Source: the human T2T-CHM13v2.0 reference genome, Homo sapiens. Taken from it: 64,000 nt of DNA. Positions 12,595-25,120 of this stretch are shown here, piece by piece. Location: NCBI RefSeq assembly GCF_009914755.1, contig NC_060933.1. One strand, 5' to 3'. Position 1 is the first letter of the stretch; each line of letters begins with the position of its first letter. The translations under genes were made by a program, and so were the position numbers. The notes beneath the pieces were generated by a model that was not told where the DNA came from, ran no database searches, and saw nothing but the letters and a program-made list of their open reading frames with translations.

Positions 12595-13150
12595 TGCTTT
12601 TAAGTCGACTTTAATGTATAATTAACGTGCAGTAAAATGTACCTATTTAAAAGGTTCATTTTGATGACATTCTGCAAATGTATATGACTATGGGAACACT
12701 ATCTCAATCAAGACCTTTCCATGACCCCAAGAAATTGCCTCATGCCTCTTTGTAGTCATCTCCCCCATCACCCCCATCCCTGGCCTCAGTCAACTGCTGG
12801 TCTGCTTTCTGTTACCATAGATTAGTTTTGCTTTTCTCTAGAATTTCATATAAATGGAATCATATAGTACGCACTCTTTTGTGTTTGGTTTCTTTATTTC
12901 AGCATAACATTATGGATATTCATATATTCTATTGCATATATCAGTACTTCATTCCTTTTTATTGTTGAACATATTCACTATGTGGATATACTGCAATCTG
13001 TTTATGTATTCTGTTACTAATGCACTTTTAGACTGTCTCCAGTATGGTGCTATTATGAACAAAGCTTTTATAAATATTCTTGCACAAATAGTTGTATGGA
13101 CATGCATTTTACTTCTCTTGACTAAACAAAGGTAGAATTGCTGAGTAAAG
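12595..13150 (-). mobile_element. Old L1M (L1MC/L1ME-like) 3' fragment
   Basis: Antisense L1M text: tgctttctgttaccatagattagttttg...tagaatttcatataaatggaatcatatagta...gtgctattatgaacaaagct. Confidence 0.75.
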
Positions 13151-13337
13151 GTTTTTATTTAAAATTTCTCTTATGTTTGCTTTATTTTATTTATTTTAGA
13201 ATTAGGTCTATTTTAGCCTCAAATAAATACCTCCTTATTTGTAATACAAACATTTGATCAAAGTTCTTCTGCAGAAAGGAGCCATAGTCTTTCTTTTTAT
13301 CTTAGTTGGTGTTTAACTTCTTATACTCTGGCAGTAG

Positions 13338-14156
13338 TGATATGGAAGGGGAGCAAGGAAGTGCTGGGAGGAGAAGGGCAGGGCCCCGGCGAGGGCTGCA
13401 CCCCTGGGCCTGTGCCCACGGACCTAGGTGAGGACAGGCACTTCTACCTTCACGCCCAAATGCTGCATTTCCCAGCACCGCCCTGGCCCGCCACGCCCCC
13501 ATCCTGTGCCTATAAAAACCGCGACTAGCAGGCAGACACACAAGCAGCTGGACGTTGAGAGGAACACCTTGGTGGAAGAAGACACAAATGGCTGGACGTT
13601 GAGAGGATGTAGAGGGGAGCATGCTGGTGGAAGAGCACATGACAGACACTGGCACGCCAACAGGCCATCAGGCCATCGACCAGCGGAATGAGGCAGAGTT
13701 TGGCAGGGGCAGTTGGAGGAGAGCCCAGGCTACTGTGCAGCCTGACTCCAGGGGAAAACCATCTCCCTTCTGGCTCTCTCATCTGCTAAGTGCTACTTCC
13801 ATTCAATAAAAGCTTGCATTTATTCTCAAAGCCCATGTGTGATCCGATTCTTCCGGTACACCAAGGCAAGAACCCCAGGATACAGAAAGCCCTCCGTCCT
13901 TACGACAACGCGTGGGTCTAATTGAGCTTACTAACACAAGCAGCGGGATGGCTAAACTAAAAGAGCACCTTGTAACATATGCCCACTGGAGCTTCAGCTG
14001 TAAACATTCACTCCCAGACACTGCTGTGGGGTCAGAGCCCCACAGCCTGCCTGCCTGTGTGCTCCCCTAAAAGTTTGAGCAGTGGGGTACTGAAGAAGCT
14101 AGCCACACCCCCATCGCACACCCTGTGAAGGGGGCAAGGGAACTTTTCCTGTTTCA
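13338..14156 (+). mobile_element. Solo LTR1-family ERV1 LTR
   Basis: TGATA...TTTCA ends. ggaagtgctggga, cccacggacctaggtgaggacaggcac, GC box ccacgccccc, TATA cctataaaaa, AATAAA near 13805. 4-bp TSD gtag/gtac. Confidence 0.85.
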
Positions 14157-14578
14157 GTACTCCAGATATGCTGCAATGTCTTTTGTAGTGTTGCCTATAT
14201 TTCAGGAAACTGGGAGCTTAGTTTATATATGGAAAAAGGGAAGTATTCTCTGTGGTAAAGGTCATAAAGAAGAGAGCTGGAGACAGAGAGACAGTGTCAG
14301 GATCATCAGCCTGTGAATTGGGTAGAAAGGAGTGGTTAGGTATATGGAGCAAGATGAATACAGAAGAAGTAGGCTGAAACGCCTTTTAAATAAATACCAG
14401 AGTGAAATGCTGAGAACAGAACCAATTTCAAAACCATCTGTCTTTAAGTCCTTTTCATCTTTTAGAATACGAACATGTCACTTTTCCTTGGGTTCTTTAG
14501 AAACTCTAAAGGGTGAAAACTGTTAGGGATGTATTACTTTTTCACAAGAAGAAAGCAGACATAGGGTTTTTCTTTGTT

Positions 14579-14624
14579 TTTTAAGAGCACATTATGTTGG
14601 GTTTTAAGAGCACATTATGTTGGG
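14579..14624. repeat. Perfect 23-bp tandem duplication
   Basis: ttttaagagcacattatgttggg x2. Confidence 0.95.
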
Positions 14625-14645
14625 TGTAGGTTAAAGAATCTTTCC

Positions 14646-14934
14646 GGCCGGGCATGGTGGCTCACGCCTGTAATCCCAGCACTTTGGGAGGCCGAGGCAG
14701 GCGGATCGTGAGGTCAGGAGATCGAGACCATCCTGGCTAACATGGTGAAACCCCATCTCTACTAAAAAAATAAAAAAATTAGCCAGGCATGGTGCCGGGC
14801 ACCTGTACTCCCAGCTACTCGGGAAGGCAGGAGAATGGCGTGAACCCGGGAGGCGGAGCTTGCAGTGAGCCGAGATGGCGCCACTGCACTCCAGCCTGGG
14901 CGACTGAGCAAGACTCCGTCTCAAAAAAAAAAAA
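14646..14934 (+). mobile_element. AluY
   Basis: Full dimer with accatcctggctaac, gagaatggcgtgaacccgg and gcttgcagtgag. Perfect TSD aaagaatctttcc (14633-14645, 14935-14947). Confidence 0.95.
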
Positions 14935-17100
14935 AAAGAATCTTTCCATGTCAAGATGTCCAGAAATTGTTCCTCTTCTAGAAAACACATTGTTTTTGTT
15001 CTTTTATTCTGTTAAAAACAGATACAAAGCAGTTGATCTATTGCTTTATTTTGAAGGCATCCTTGAACATCGTGTTTTAATCAGTTTGCTTAAAAGGAAC
15101 AGCTATTCACATCAGTTGAAGTGAAAAAGAGGTATGTGGAGAATAGGTAAGGTTATGTCATCAAAATGAGGGTAGCAAATAAGGCCAAGCTTCATGAGAA
15201 GTGGCGCAGGAGATGGAATGCCATTGGGAACTCACAAGTTCTCTGTCTCTGATGTCATCATTCTCTGAATCTCTCTGTGGGTCTTTCTGTCTCCTTCTGT
15301 CCTTATTTCTCCTTCACTGTGTTTCCTTTGTCCAATATGTTCTTTCAACTCTGTCATTTCCTGAAAGACGTATTCTTTATCTTCTTTGCTGGATGGTTTA
15401 ATCTGCTGATCCATAACCTTGCTTCTTATCAGTGTGGCTTGCCTCAGTTCTACAAGGCCTTTCAGCTTTTCCTGACACAATCTATGTGGATAGAAGTTCA
15501 AATTCTCAAGACAGGGAATCCAATTGGTAACAGATAGTTGAACAGATGGACAGGTGTATGAAGAGCTGTTCATCTTTTGTTAATGCCTGTGGCCAGGTTG
15601 GGGGCAGGGTCACGTACTCCTAATCCAGCCTCTTAGCCCTTCACCTTTGGGTAGGGGTCATGTGTAGGAAAGTTTAAGGAAAAGTTGGGCATGGCAGACA
15701 AACTGAATGACATAACCACTGTGAATGGTCTTCTACTTACTGGAAGTGTTTAAAAAGCCTTTCCTACTAGGCACCAATTTTCTAATGCTTCCCTGAAGTT
15801 TAGTAGATGGACAGGCAGACAGGCAGACAGAATAGAGCTACCAAACTAAGCAGCCAGTTAAACTTGAAGTGTCCCAGTCATTTTGAAAGAAAATTCTTTC
15901 CTGAAGTCTAATTAAAATTGGCTAGACTGCAAATGGCCTGCTAACTGATTTGATTTTAAACAACTATTTTCTAATGAGTATTGGATGAAACATAAAGAAT
16001 AAGCAAACAAGTGAGTCAATCTAAAGGATAGTGTCTCAAGATCTGCAGTAACATTGAGTATATCTGAATTTGGCTATGTCTGCTGAGCTACAATCACCCT
16101 ATTTGACATTTTAGGATCTAAGCCATGAACCTGAAGCCTGTATTTTGACTAGTTGAATATGTAATAATACTTGGATTTAATGAAAGCCAGCTATCAGCTT
16201 TGAGTTACTTTGTCTTTAACTCATCAGGGTGTAAATGGGCTTCAAGGAAATTTTTAATCTAAATGTAAATTAGCTATTTCCATAACAGCCCTAGTATGAA
16301 TTTGAGTATGTGCAGAAAAGGATCGGATGCAAGCAATATTTTGAAAATAATGGCAAGAAAGAGGCTGTACAAGTGATACATGACTTTCGATGAATTTGAA
16401 TATAGGTTATATTAAGATGCTGTCAATGAAAATATTGTCATTAAAAATTTTCTGGGACCAACAATACATGAAATAATATGTAGAACAGAGAATGAAAATA
16501 AGATTTCATTGTAGATGTTAAACTATGTTAAAGGTCACAGTTTTCTATTAGAGAGCTTCCATTTGGCAGATCTCATATAAAAGCTGATAGTATCTTTACT
16601 GAATTCATTTTCTACTTAGTAAAGTGACTTAAATTTAAAGTGATTAAAACTTTTATTTTTGATATAAAAATATGCTTTATCTAATATTTAAATCTGGATT
16701 TATGAGTAAATACGCAGTCTTATATTTATAACTGGAGTGTGACATGCTAAAAAATCATAAAACCCCAATTTTTTCCTAATTTTAATCAGAATGAAATCTA
16801 TGTTAATATAGTATCTAAATCTTCTAATCAATTATTTTATTTTTAAGAAAAAGGTAACACAGGGAAATGTTCCAGCGGATATTAATACAAATTACAGGTA
16901 TTCGGAATCATTCTAAAGTTCAGTGAGTATTAGTCTCCAACAACACTTGCCAATCACAAGGAACAGAATGGAAAGCATAGAAAGATACAGAATGAGTTAT
17001 TTTTGCTACTCTTTTCCATTTGCTAATACTTTAGCTTAAAGGAAGGTAGAAAATTACCTTAGGAATGATGGCTATTCCAAAATTTAGTGGTAACTTCTAA

Positions 17101-17472
<372 letters not shown>

Positions 17473-18663
17473 TAACTCAGTATGCTGCGAATTTATTTCC
17501 AGAGGGAAATAAATACATTTTTAAATTATTTGAATTATTGTCATTAGGATTCATTAAAATACAAATCACTATCATTAAGATCAATGTTAAATACCCTTAG
17601 AAATAAAGAATTTCTACACTTATCAATATATTAAACACCTTGGTCCTTTAAATATTAACTCACAGAATTAAAAAACGTCTGGGTTTTTTTGTATAAGCCC
17701 CTGGAGTTTAATGACTGTGCTGGATGGTTCTCACTATGAACTGACTCTCACGCAATTGTAAACTTGCTGGGAAATGATTTTATTGCATAAGAAAATGACT
17801 GAGCAGAGACCAGTGAGCTGTGTCTGCTGATAGACTATAATTTGCAGACCATGATGTCAAAGCAGATTTGAGATTTGTGACAGTGGTTGGTGATTGCACT
17901 AGTCAACAATTCTGTCGCAGCAATGAACCATGTCATGCACAATCTTATTCTACCACATCGTGCATATGTGTAAGTTCAGTTTATGTAGTCATATATATAT
18001 ATATATATATGGTCACAACAGCCTATATTCCAGACTATGTAATATCTGGTACAAATAAGAAATGGATAGCTATTATTATTACTAAACCTATCCTCAATAT
18101 TTTCTGATGACATTAAAAAAAGTAATAAGACAGATCTCTTTTCTGTTGACTTGTACATTATTTTAAAGTACTCTGTGTCTGTCAGAGATCAAAAAAGTTT
18201 TGTATGAACCCAGTTGATTTTGTTCCTTTCTAAACAGAAAGGCACTTCTGCAGGGGATTATCCTCACACTCACAACGTTTGGAAGGTAGCCTGGTGGTTT
18301 TAGCTGCCACATTCTTTAATAAAGCATTTGTGGGCCAGGTCCCCAGGGAAACAACGGTGCTGGTGGTAGGCAGGATTTACGGCCCCATGAACTTTGTCCT
18401 CTGGTGGCACATTGCTGTTATGTTATTTGGCGAAAGGGACTTTGCAGATGTTATTAAGGTGAAGACTTTAAGATAGAGAGGTTATCCTGGATTATCTGGG
18501 TTGGTCCAATCAAATCACATGAGCCCTGAAAAGTGGAGAACTTTCTGGAGAACTTGTTGGAGTCAGAGAGATGTGGGAGAAGTCAGAAAAGTTTAAAGCA
18601 GGAAAGGGAATCCACTGCCATTGCTGAAGGGGGCCACATGGAAAGCATAAGAAAGGATACAGG

Positions 18664-18750
18664 TCCAGAGTTCCCCACTGTGTAATATATCCATGTATCA
18701 AAACTGCACTGGACACCTGGAATTTATTAAAAAATAAAAATAAAAAAGAA
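18664..18750 (+). mobile_element. Short L1PB/L1MA 3'-end fragment inside MLT1
   Basis: cactgtgtaatatatccatgtatcaaaactgcact...aatttattaaaaaataaaaataaaaaa. Confidence 0.7.
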
Positions 18751-18994
18751 CAAGGGCAGCTGTAGGAGCCAGAACTGCCTCCTGGTTTACAGTAGCAAGG
18801 ACGGGGACCTTAGTTCCACAACCGCAAGGAACTGTTTGCCCAACAACCTGAATGAGCTTGGAGGCAGACTCTCCCCAGCACCTGGAGTAAGGAATACACC
18901 CCTACCAAAACCTTCAGTTTGGCATTGTGAGATGACCCTAAGCAGAGTATCTAGCCCAGCCACCCAGACTTTTGACCTTTAGAAACTGTTAGAT

Positions 18995-19201
18995 CAAGCT
19001 TGTCCAATCGGTGGTGCTGGCCGCATGTGGCTCAGAAGGGCTTTGAATGCAGCTGAACACAAATTAGTAAACTTTGTTAAAACATTATGAGTTTTTTTTT
19101 TGTATTTTTTTTTAAAGCTCATCAGCTTTCACTAGTTTTAGTGTATTTTATGACAATTCTTCCCATGTGGCCCAGGGAAGCCAAAAGTTTGGACACCCTT
19201 G
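18995..19201. mobile_element. MER30 (hAT-Charlie MITE) inside MLT1
   Basis: caagcttgtccaa...gtggcccagggaagccaaaagtttggacacccttg. Perfect 8-bp TSD tgttagat (18987-18994, 19202-19209). Confidence 0.9.
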
Positions 19202-20231
19202 TGTTAGATAATACATTTGCATTGTTTTAAGGCACTAAGCTTGTGGAAATTTGTTGTAGCACAATAGGAAATTAATACCATGTCCACTACTGAGAGATCC
19301 CCAAATGTTGTCCTGGTATTTCCACTGGTGAGAATACATCTACCTCCCTGGGTTTTATATTCCATCCATTTACATTCAATTCTCCTAACTCTTCACCCAT
19401 TCTATGACTTTCTATACCGTCCTGTAACCTGTTATAACATCCATAAACATCCTGTAACTTCCATAATACAGACAAGATTCCTAGAACATCCCATAGCCTG
19501 TAACATTGATGATATATACAAAGTAAGTCTACAGAGGTAGCAAGCAGCCTGGGGAAATTACTCATCTGGTTTAAGTCACCCATATCTCTGGAAAATAATT
19601 GATTATATTAAAATCTATTTTTAAAATATGCCAACCATCTCCTTCCCACCGTCATTCTTTCTGTCGACAGCCTCTTTCTCCTTAAGCAATTGATTTTTAG
19701 TAGTCTGCAATTTAGATTTAGAAAACTGAAATTTATCATATGAGACCATAATGTTAGGCTACTTCAAGATTGTCATTAACAGACTCCAACACTGCTTACT
19801 CAATAGAGAATTGCCTCTCTTTGGTCCACTTTAGCACAGAGAGCAAATTAACTCATTTTTTCACCCAGAGATTTGCTTCTGGAGTTAGATGGGAAGAATG
19901 TGAGTTTACAGCTGAGTTAACTAGGGCTATGAGAGCCCTTTCCATTAACTGCAGGCTATTGCAAGAAGTGTGTTATGTCCATTGTTTCTGTTTCCTTTGC
20001 CAATTTGCAAAAACACCCAGAAGTTTAATAATTGTAACTTTGCATTCTGAAATAAATAAGCAAGATAGCCAATTAAGGATACATGCATATAAATCAAAAT
20101 TATTTTCCACATTTATGAAAAGAAAATGTGAATTCGAAAAAATATCTAGAGGACACTTGTAAGTTTTCCCCAAAATGGTTAGTGTTAGGAGGTTCACTAG
20201 AATTAGGAATTGCTACCTACACTTTTCCTCA

Positions 20232-20390
20232 GCTTTAGAGTCACAGATGTGGGCTTGAATCCCAATTCCATCACTTAGTGGCCTGTGTGATGTTGAGTGA
20301 GTTACTAAGCTTCTCTAATTTTCCATTTTCTCATCTTTACCATGGAGATAATAACATATATCTTGAATCTTTAGAGAAGGTGGCACAGTT
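20232..20390 (+). mobile_element. MIR fragment
   Basis: gggcttgaatcccaattccatcacttagtggcctgtgtgatgttgagtgagttactaagcttctc MIR core. Confidence 0.75.
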
Positions 20391-21044
20391 CTTCCAGATG
20401 GCCATCAGTGGGGATGCTTTCAACAAGACAATTCAAAGTCCTAATTCATTTTCTTTGACACTTTTCTGCACATAACACATTCTATGTAAACCATTAAGAT
20501 AATCAAAATCTCAGACCATTTCTCCCCCTAAGCATGGTTAAGAGTTTTCTCCACCTCTCAAAAAGAATAAGATGGTAAAATAAAATGGGCAATAAAGGGG
20601 AAACATGGAGATGGTAGAATGTATATGGAAGCTGTCCTACATACGCCCTTGGAATAGTTAGTGTACAGATGTCATGGACATTTGTCTTCTATAGCCAAGC
20701 TATTTTCAAAGATCTTTAAATATAATTTTAAAATGTTTTGCTTTTTTAGACACCATGTATGAAATGTTAATATCATATCTTTCAAGTCAGTTCTTAGACT
20801 TGAATTTGACGTTATTTCTTGAGCAACTGAGAATAGAAATTGAACTTATGTGTGCTGTGTTTATGATGGTAGCAGGGCATGTCAAGACAGGTCTGAACAT
20901 AAAAGGAATTATTATTTCACATTTTCCAAGGATCCCAGAGACAGAACTATTTTCTTAAATAGAGTGCTAATATTTTTACTTTGATAGAAACTTAAATTGT
21001 AGGAAAATTCAGTTTGTTAAAATCTACCTTCTTTTTCTGTTTAG

Positions 21045-21203
21045 ATATCGGTCTTGCCAGTGGCAATGTAGAAATTTGTTCTTCATCTCAGTAGAGGATA
21101 TTATGCTGATCATTTTAGGAAAAAAAAAGTTTCATTGTCTTCTAAATAATAGTTTGTCAGAGGGAAATGTATTATACTCTCTTTAAAATGCGAATAAACT
21201 CAG
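21045..21203 (+). other. Candidate internal exon (159 bp)
   Basis: Acceptor ccttctttttctgtttag| and consensus donor CAG|GTGAGT. Splice-site evidence only. Confidence 0.25.
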
Positions 21204-21329
21204 GTGAGTTTTTCTTAGCTGGCAATTAAGAAATGTTAAACTGTTTGCAACAAACAAAAGATGCTGTTTTATATAAGGTAGAAAAACTTTTCATATTAGA
21301 AGTATTGAACTGAGAGTCAAAAGAAACCC

Positions 21330-21900
21330 AGAAATCACCCTGAATTCCCTGTCTCCCTCACCCGAAACACCCAGTGTTCTAAGTTCTGCACCTTCTTTCC
21401 AATCTACCCTTATCTCTCCAACTCACACCCGGAGTTTTACTTCAGGCCTCTATTTCCTCTTGCTTGCATGGACCTTGGAAGTCATCTAACTGCTCTCCCT
21501 GCTTCCACCACTATCACTTGGCACCACCACAATTCAACTCTATAGTTCTGTTGATGCGACCTATCTGAAACGAATCCAGTCATGTTGCTCCCTGCTTCCT
21601 GGCTTCCACTGCTTGGAAAATGAAGTCCAAGCTTCTTACTTTGCCATATCAGGGGCTCACGATCTGGCCTTTGGTCATTTCTATTTTTCCACTTTCCATC
21701 TCTGCACCCTCACCCCATGCTTGAAACAGCTCAGTATTCCCAGAAGCCACCCAGGCTGTTTTATTGTCTGTATCTTTGCTCAATCTGCTTTGATTATCCT
21801 CCCCCATCCTCCTTTCCCTTGCCATTCATCTTCTAGATTGAGCTCAGTGCTAAATCTCTGACCCTACTGGTCTTACCCACACAGAACTGACTTCTCCCTT
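21330..21900 (+). mobile_element. L2 fragment
   Basis: ctaactgctctccctgcttccac, catgttgctccctgctt, gaagtccaagcttctt pyrimidine-rich L2 body. Confidence 0.7.
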
Positions 21901-21951
21901 CTCCAGGTCTTCTCTATATTCTGTATAAATTTTTGGATATAGCATTTGTCA

Positions 21952-22252
21952 TTTTTTTTTAAAAGACAGGGTCTCATTCTGTTGTCTAGGCTGGCATGCT
22001 GTGGCATGATCATAGTCCACTGCAGCCTCTATCTGCCTCCTGGGGTCAAGCAATCCTTCTGCCTCCACCTTCTAAGTAGCTGGGACCACAGGCATGTGCC
22101 ACCATGCCTGACTAATTTTTTAATTTTTTGTAGAGATGGGGTCTCACTATGTTGCCCAGGCTGGTCTTGATCGAACTCCTAGTCTCAAGCAATCCTCCAG
22201 CTTAGGTCTCCAAAAGCACTGGGATTACAGGTGTGAGCCACCATGCCCAGCC
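21952..22252 (-). mobile_element. AluJ
   Basis: gatcatagtccactgcagcc, tgtagagatggggtctcactatgttgcccagg. Confidence 0.9.
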
Positions 22253-22344
22253 CTATGTTTATCACTTTTTGTTGCATTTGTTCACACAATCATTCTTCAC
22301 CTCTAGACTTAACCTAGTTGAGATTAAAGTTGTATCTTATCTAG

Positions 22345-22594
<250 letters not shown>

Positions 22595-22799
22595 TGCTTC
22601 ATACATATTTGTAGAAAGAAGGAGGGAATGGAAAGACTTGGGACAGAGATGTAACTTGCCAGATGTAAGAACTCTGAGAAATCTGAGAAATCATATAACA
22701 TCTCTGATTTTAAATTTATTCACCTGTAAGACGACAGTACCTCTTCCCAATGCACTAGAGTAAAACCCTTCATCCACAGGCTGCTAGCAACTTCTGCTT

Positions 22800-23280
22800 T
22801 CCTCTGTGCCCTTATTTCAGGCCCCCATCCCCCTCCTCCTCAATTCTCCAGAAGAACATGCCTTCTGATAGTTTCCAGAATGTACCAAGCTGTTTTCACT
22901 CTCCCCTGACATCACCCACTCCCGCACACACCGCCCTCGCACTTGCTGATTGCTCTGATGGGAGGTGCTACCCCAAGCTTTGCAAGGCTGCCTGCTTCTC
23001 ATCAAACACCACCCCCTCAGACAGGCTTCCATTCACATCTCTCTAAAGTAGGTCTCCTCACATTATGCTTGATTTTTAAAAATTTCCTGGTCTGGTATGC
23101 TTGTTTCCTTTTCTTTATAACTCTATACCTTGTACTTATTTTATGTGTTTACTTTTTCTGGTTATCTTCCCCCCGTAATATCAACTCCAGGCGGGCAAAG
23201 ATCACATTGGTCTTGTTCACTGTTTCACTCTGAGGTCCTGACATGTGTCAGGCTCTCAGTTAGTATTTGTTGACTGATTC
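22800..23280 (+). mobile_element. L2 3' fragment
   Basis: ggtcttgttcactg...ggctctcagttagtatttgttgactga L2 terminus. Confidence 0.65.
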
Positions 23281-23622
23281 ATAAACTAATCTCAAAGGGT
23301 GGTTTTGGGGGTTAGCTCAGGTACAGTATATGAATGAAACTTATAAACTGAAGACACTATAGAAATGTGAAGCACGATTATTATAATAACCAGAACAGGC
23401 ATAATGGAACCTGGAAAAATAGGTGCCAACTTTCTTTCTCTGCGAAAATGAATGTGCAGCTTGATAAGAAGTTACTCATTTTCTGAGTGTAGAATCTCAG
23501 CCTGGGTGACCAGTCCGGCAAGAAATAGACCCTCCATGCCAAGGGGAGGTGTCATTTCTTAACATGTTTTCTAGCAAGGCTGACTCAAATAATTGTGATA
23601 AAGATGGTAACACTAGGACTTT

Positions 23623-24237
23623 TGATATAGAAGCTATTTAGGCAGATAGTGAGGGTAAGAGAGTTCTCGGTGGAATTTCCTTTTAATAAAAAGCAGCCCC
23701 TAAATCATCTTTTTTAACAAAAAGCAGCCTGAAAAATCAAGCTGCAAACATAGATAAGCAAGCTGAAAGCTTGCATAGGTATATGCGGGCAGCTGCACTA
23801 ATAGAAAAGGGACACTTGGAAGTGAGGTATGTTCAATAGGGAGAATCCATTTTCCCTTTTCTTTGTTGCCACGTGTGCAATAAAGAAGCATGCAACATGG
23901 TGCTAGCCAGGTAGAGAAGCCATCTACATAATAAAAGAGTAGGGTGGGGCAGCCAGATTCTTCGCACGCTGTGCAAACAGCACACCTGATCCAAACTATC
24001 TCTCTATGTAAATATGCCCTATGTAAATCAGATACCTTCTCCTCAAGCTCATCTATAAAAACTCCTGCACTTCGCCATGGACCGGAAGCCCCTCTCTCTC
24101 TACAGGAGAATTTCTCTCTTTCTTTTGCCTCTTAAACCTCCAAGCTTAACCTCACATTTTGTGTGTCTGCGTCCTTGATTTCCTTGGTGTGAGGCAATGA
24201 ACCTCAGGTATTACCCCAGACAAGCGAAGCTGCTTCA
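23623..24237 (+). mobile_element. Solo LTR9-type ERV1 LTR
   Basis: tgata...tatttaggcagatagtgagggtaagagag start, ggtattaccccagac...gctgcttca end, TATA tctataaaa near 24052. Perfect 4-bp TSD cttt. Confidence 0.85.
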
Positions 24238-24339
24238 CTTTCATTGACGGATGCAGGTAGTTTGGGCTCTGGGACACAGGGGCTAGCCACAGATCTTGCC
24301 TGAAACAATTTGTGGTGTTTTAAGAGGTGATTTCATATT

Positions 24340-24910
24340 TCTAACATTTTCCTATGTTTCTTAATTGGAATTTATCTAAAGGAAGAACTATGTCTTCTCC
24401 CCTCTATTTATTTGCTCAATCATTTATTTATGAAAGTATAGATTCAGGAATATTTATTTACCTTATTCTATGGGTTATGACACAATGCTATCATTATTGA
24501 TTTTGTTGCTCAAATTGCTTCACTTTTGGCCATTGTGAGCTCTTTCAGGTAGGCTCCTGTGCCCTTTCTGCATTTCCCCATCTTTTGTTGAGCACTTCTT
24601 TATTTTCCAGAATTATAAGATATTCCAGACTCATCTTGTATTTTCCTTGCCCCAGCCTTGGAATCAACCACCAAGGTTTGAGCAATAGGTGTGCTTGTTG
24701 CTATTAGGGTACTATTTCTCTTTCCTGTTTCCTTACTTGTAATTTCTTTCCCAAGCTCAAGAAACTTTGTCCTCACTGCCTACAATATATTTACTTATTT
24801 TTTTCAACCTTAGTATAAACATAAACTGGTTTTAGAATTTCTAACCCATACCTCCAAGAGAAGCAACTAATACTATAACTAGAGTATAGTATTAGTTCAC
24901 AATTTTCTAA
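24340..24910 (-). mobile_element. Old L1M fragment
   Basis: ttttgttgctcaaattg...ttggccattgtgagctctttcagg...ctcatcttgtattttccttgccccagccttggaatcaacca. Confidence 0.65.
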
Positions 24911-25120
24911 GTTCATGATACCTTTGTATTAAATCACACTATCTGGATGGTTATTATTATAATGATGATTTTTGGCTTTTGAGGCAAGGAAAACCTTTGC
25001 AAAAGGTATTCCCATACACAAACTGGAAGGTGCTTCATCTTCTTTATTCCATTTTCTAAGAACTACATATGTTTGGAAGGCAGGATCAGAAACACTGTAC
25101 TCAATGCATAGTTTATTGTA

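Larger units (their letters stand above)
18361..19279 (+). mobile_element. MLT1 (MLT1D/E-like) MaLR solo LTR carrying two nested insertions
   Basis: ggcgaaagggactttgcagatgttattaagg, ttatcctggattatctggg, aacaacctgaatgagcttgg, end gcacaataggaaattaatac. Confidence 0.85.

Noticed and set aside
15200-15700. Possible ancient ERVL/MaLR LTR remnant (similar text near 61130-61760)
   Set aside because: Too diverged to assign a family or boundaries by eye.
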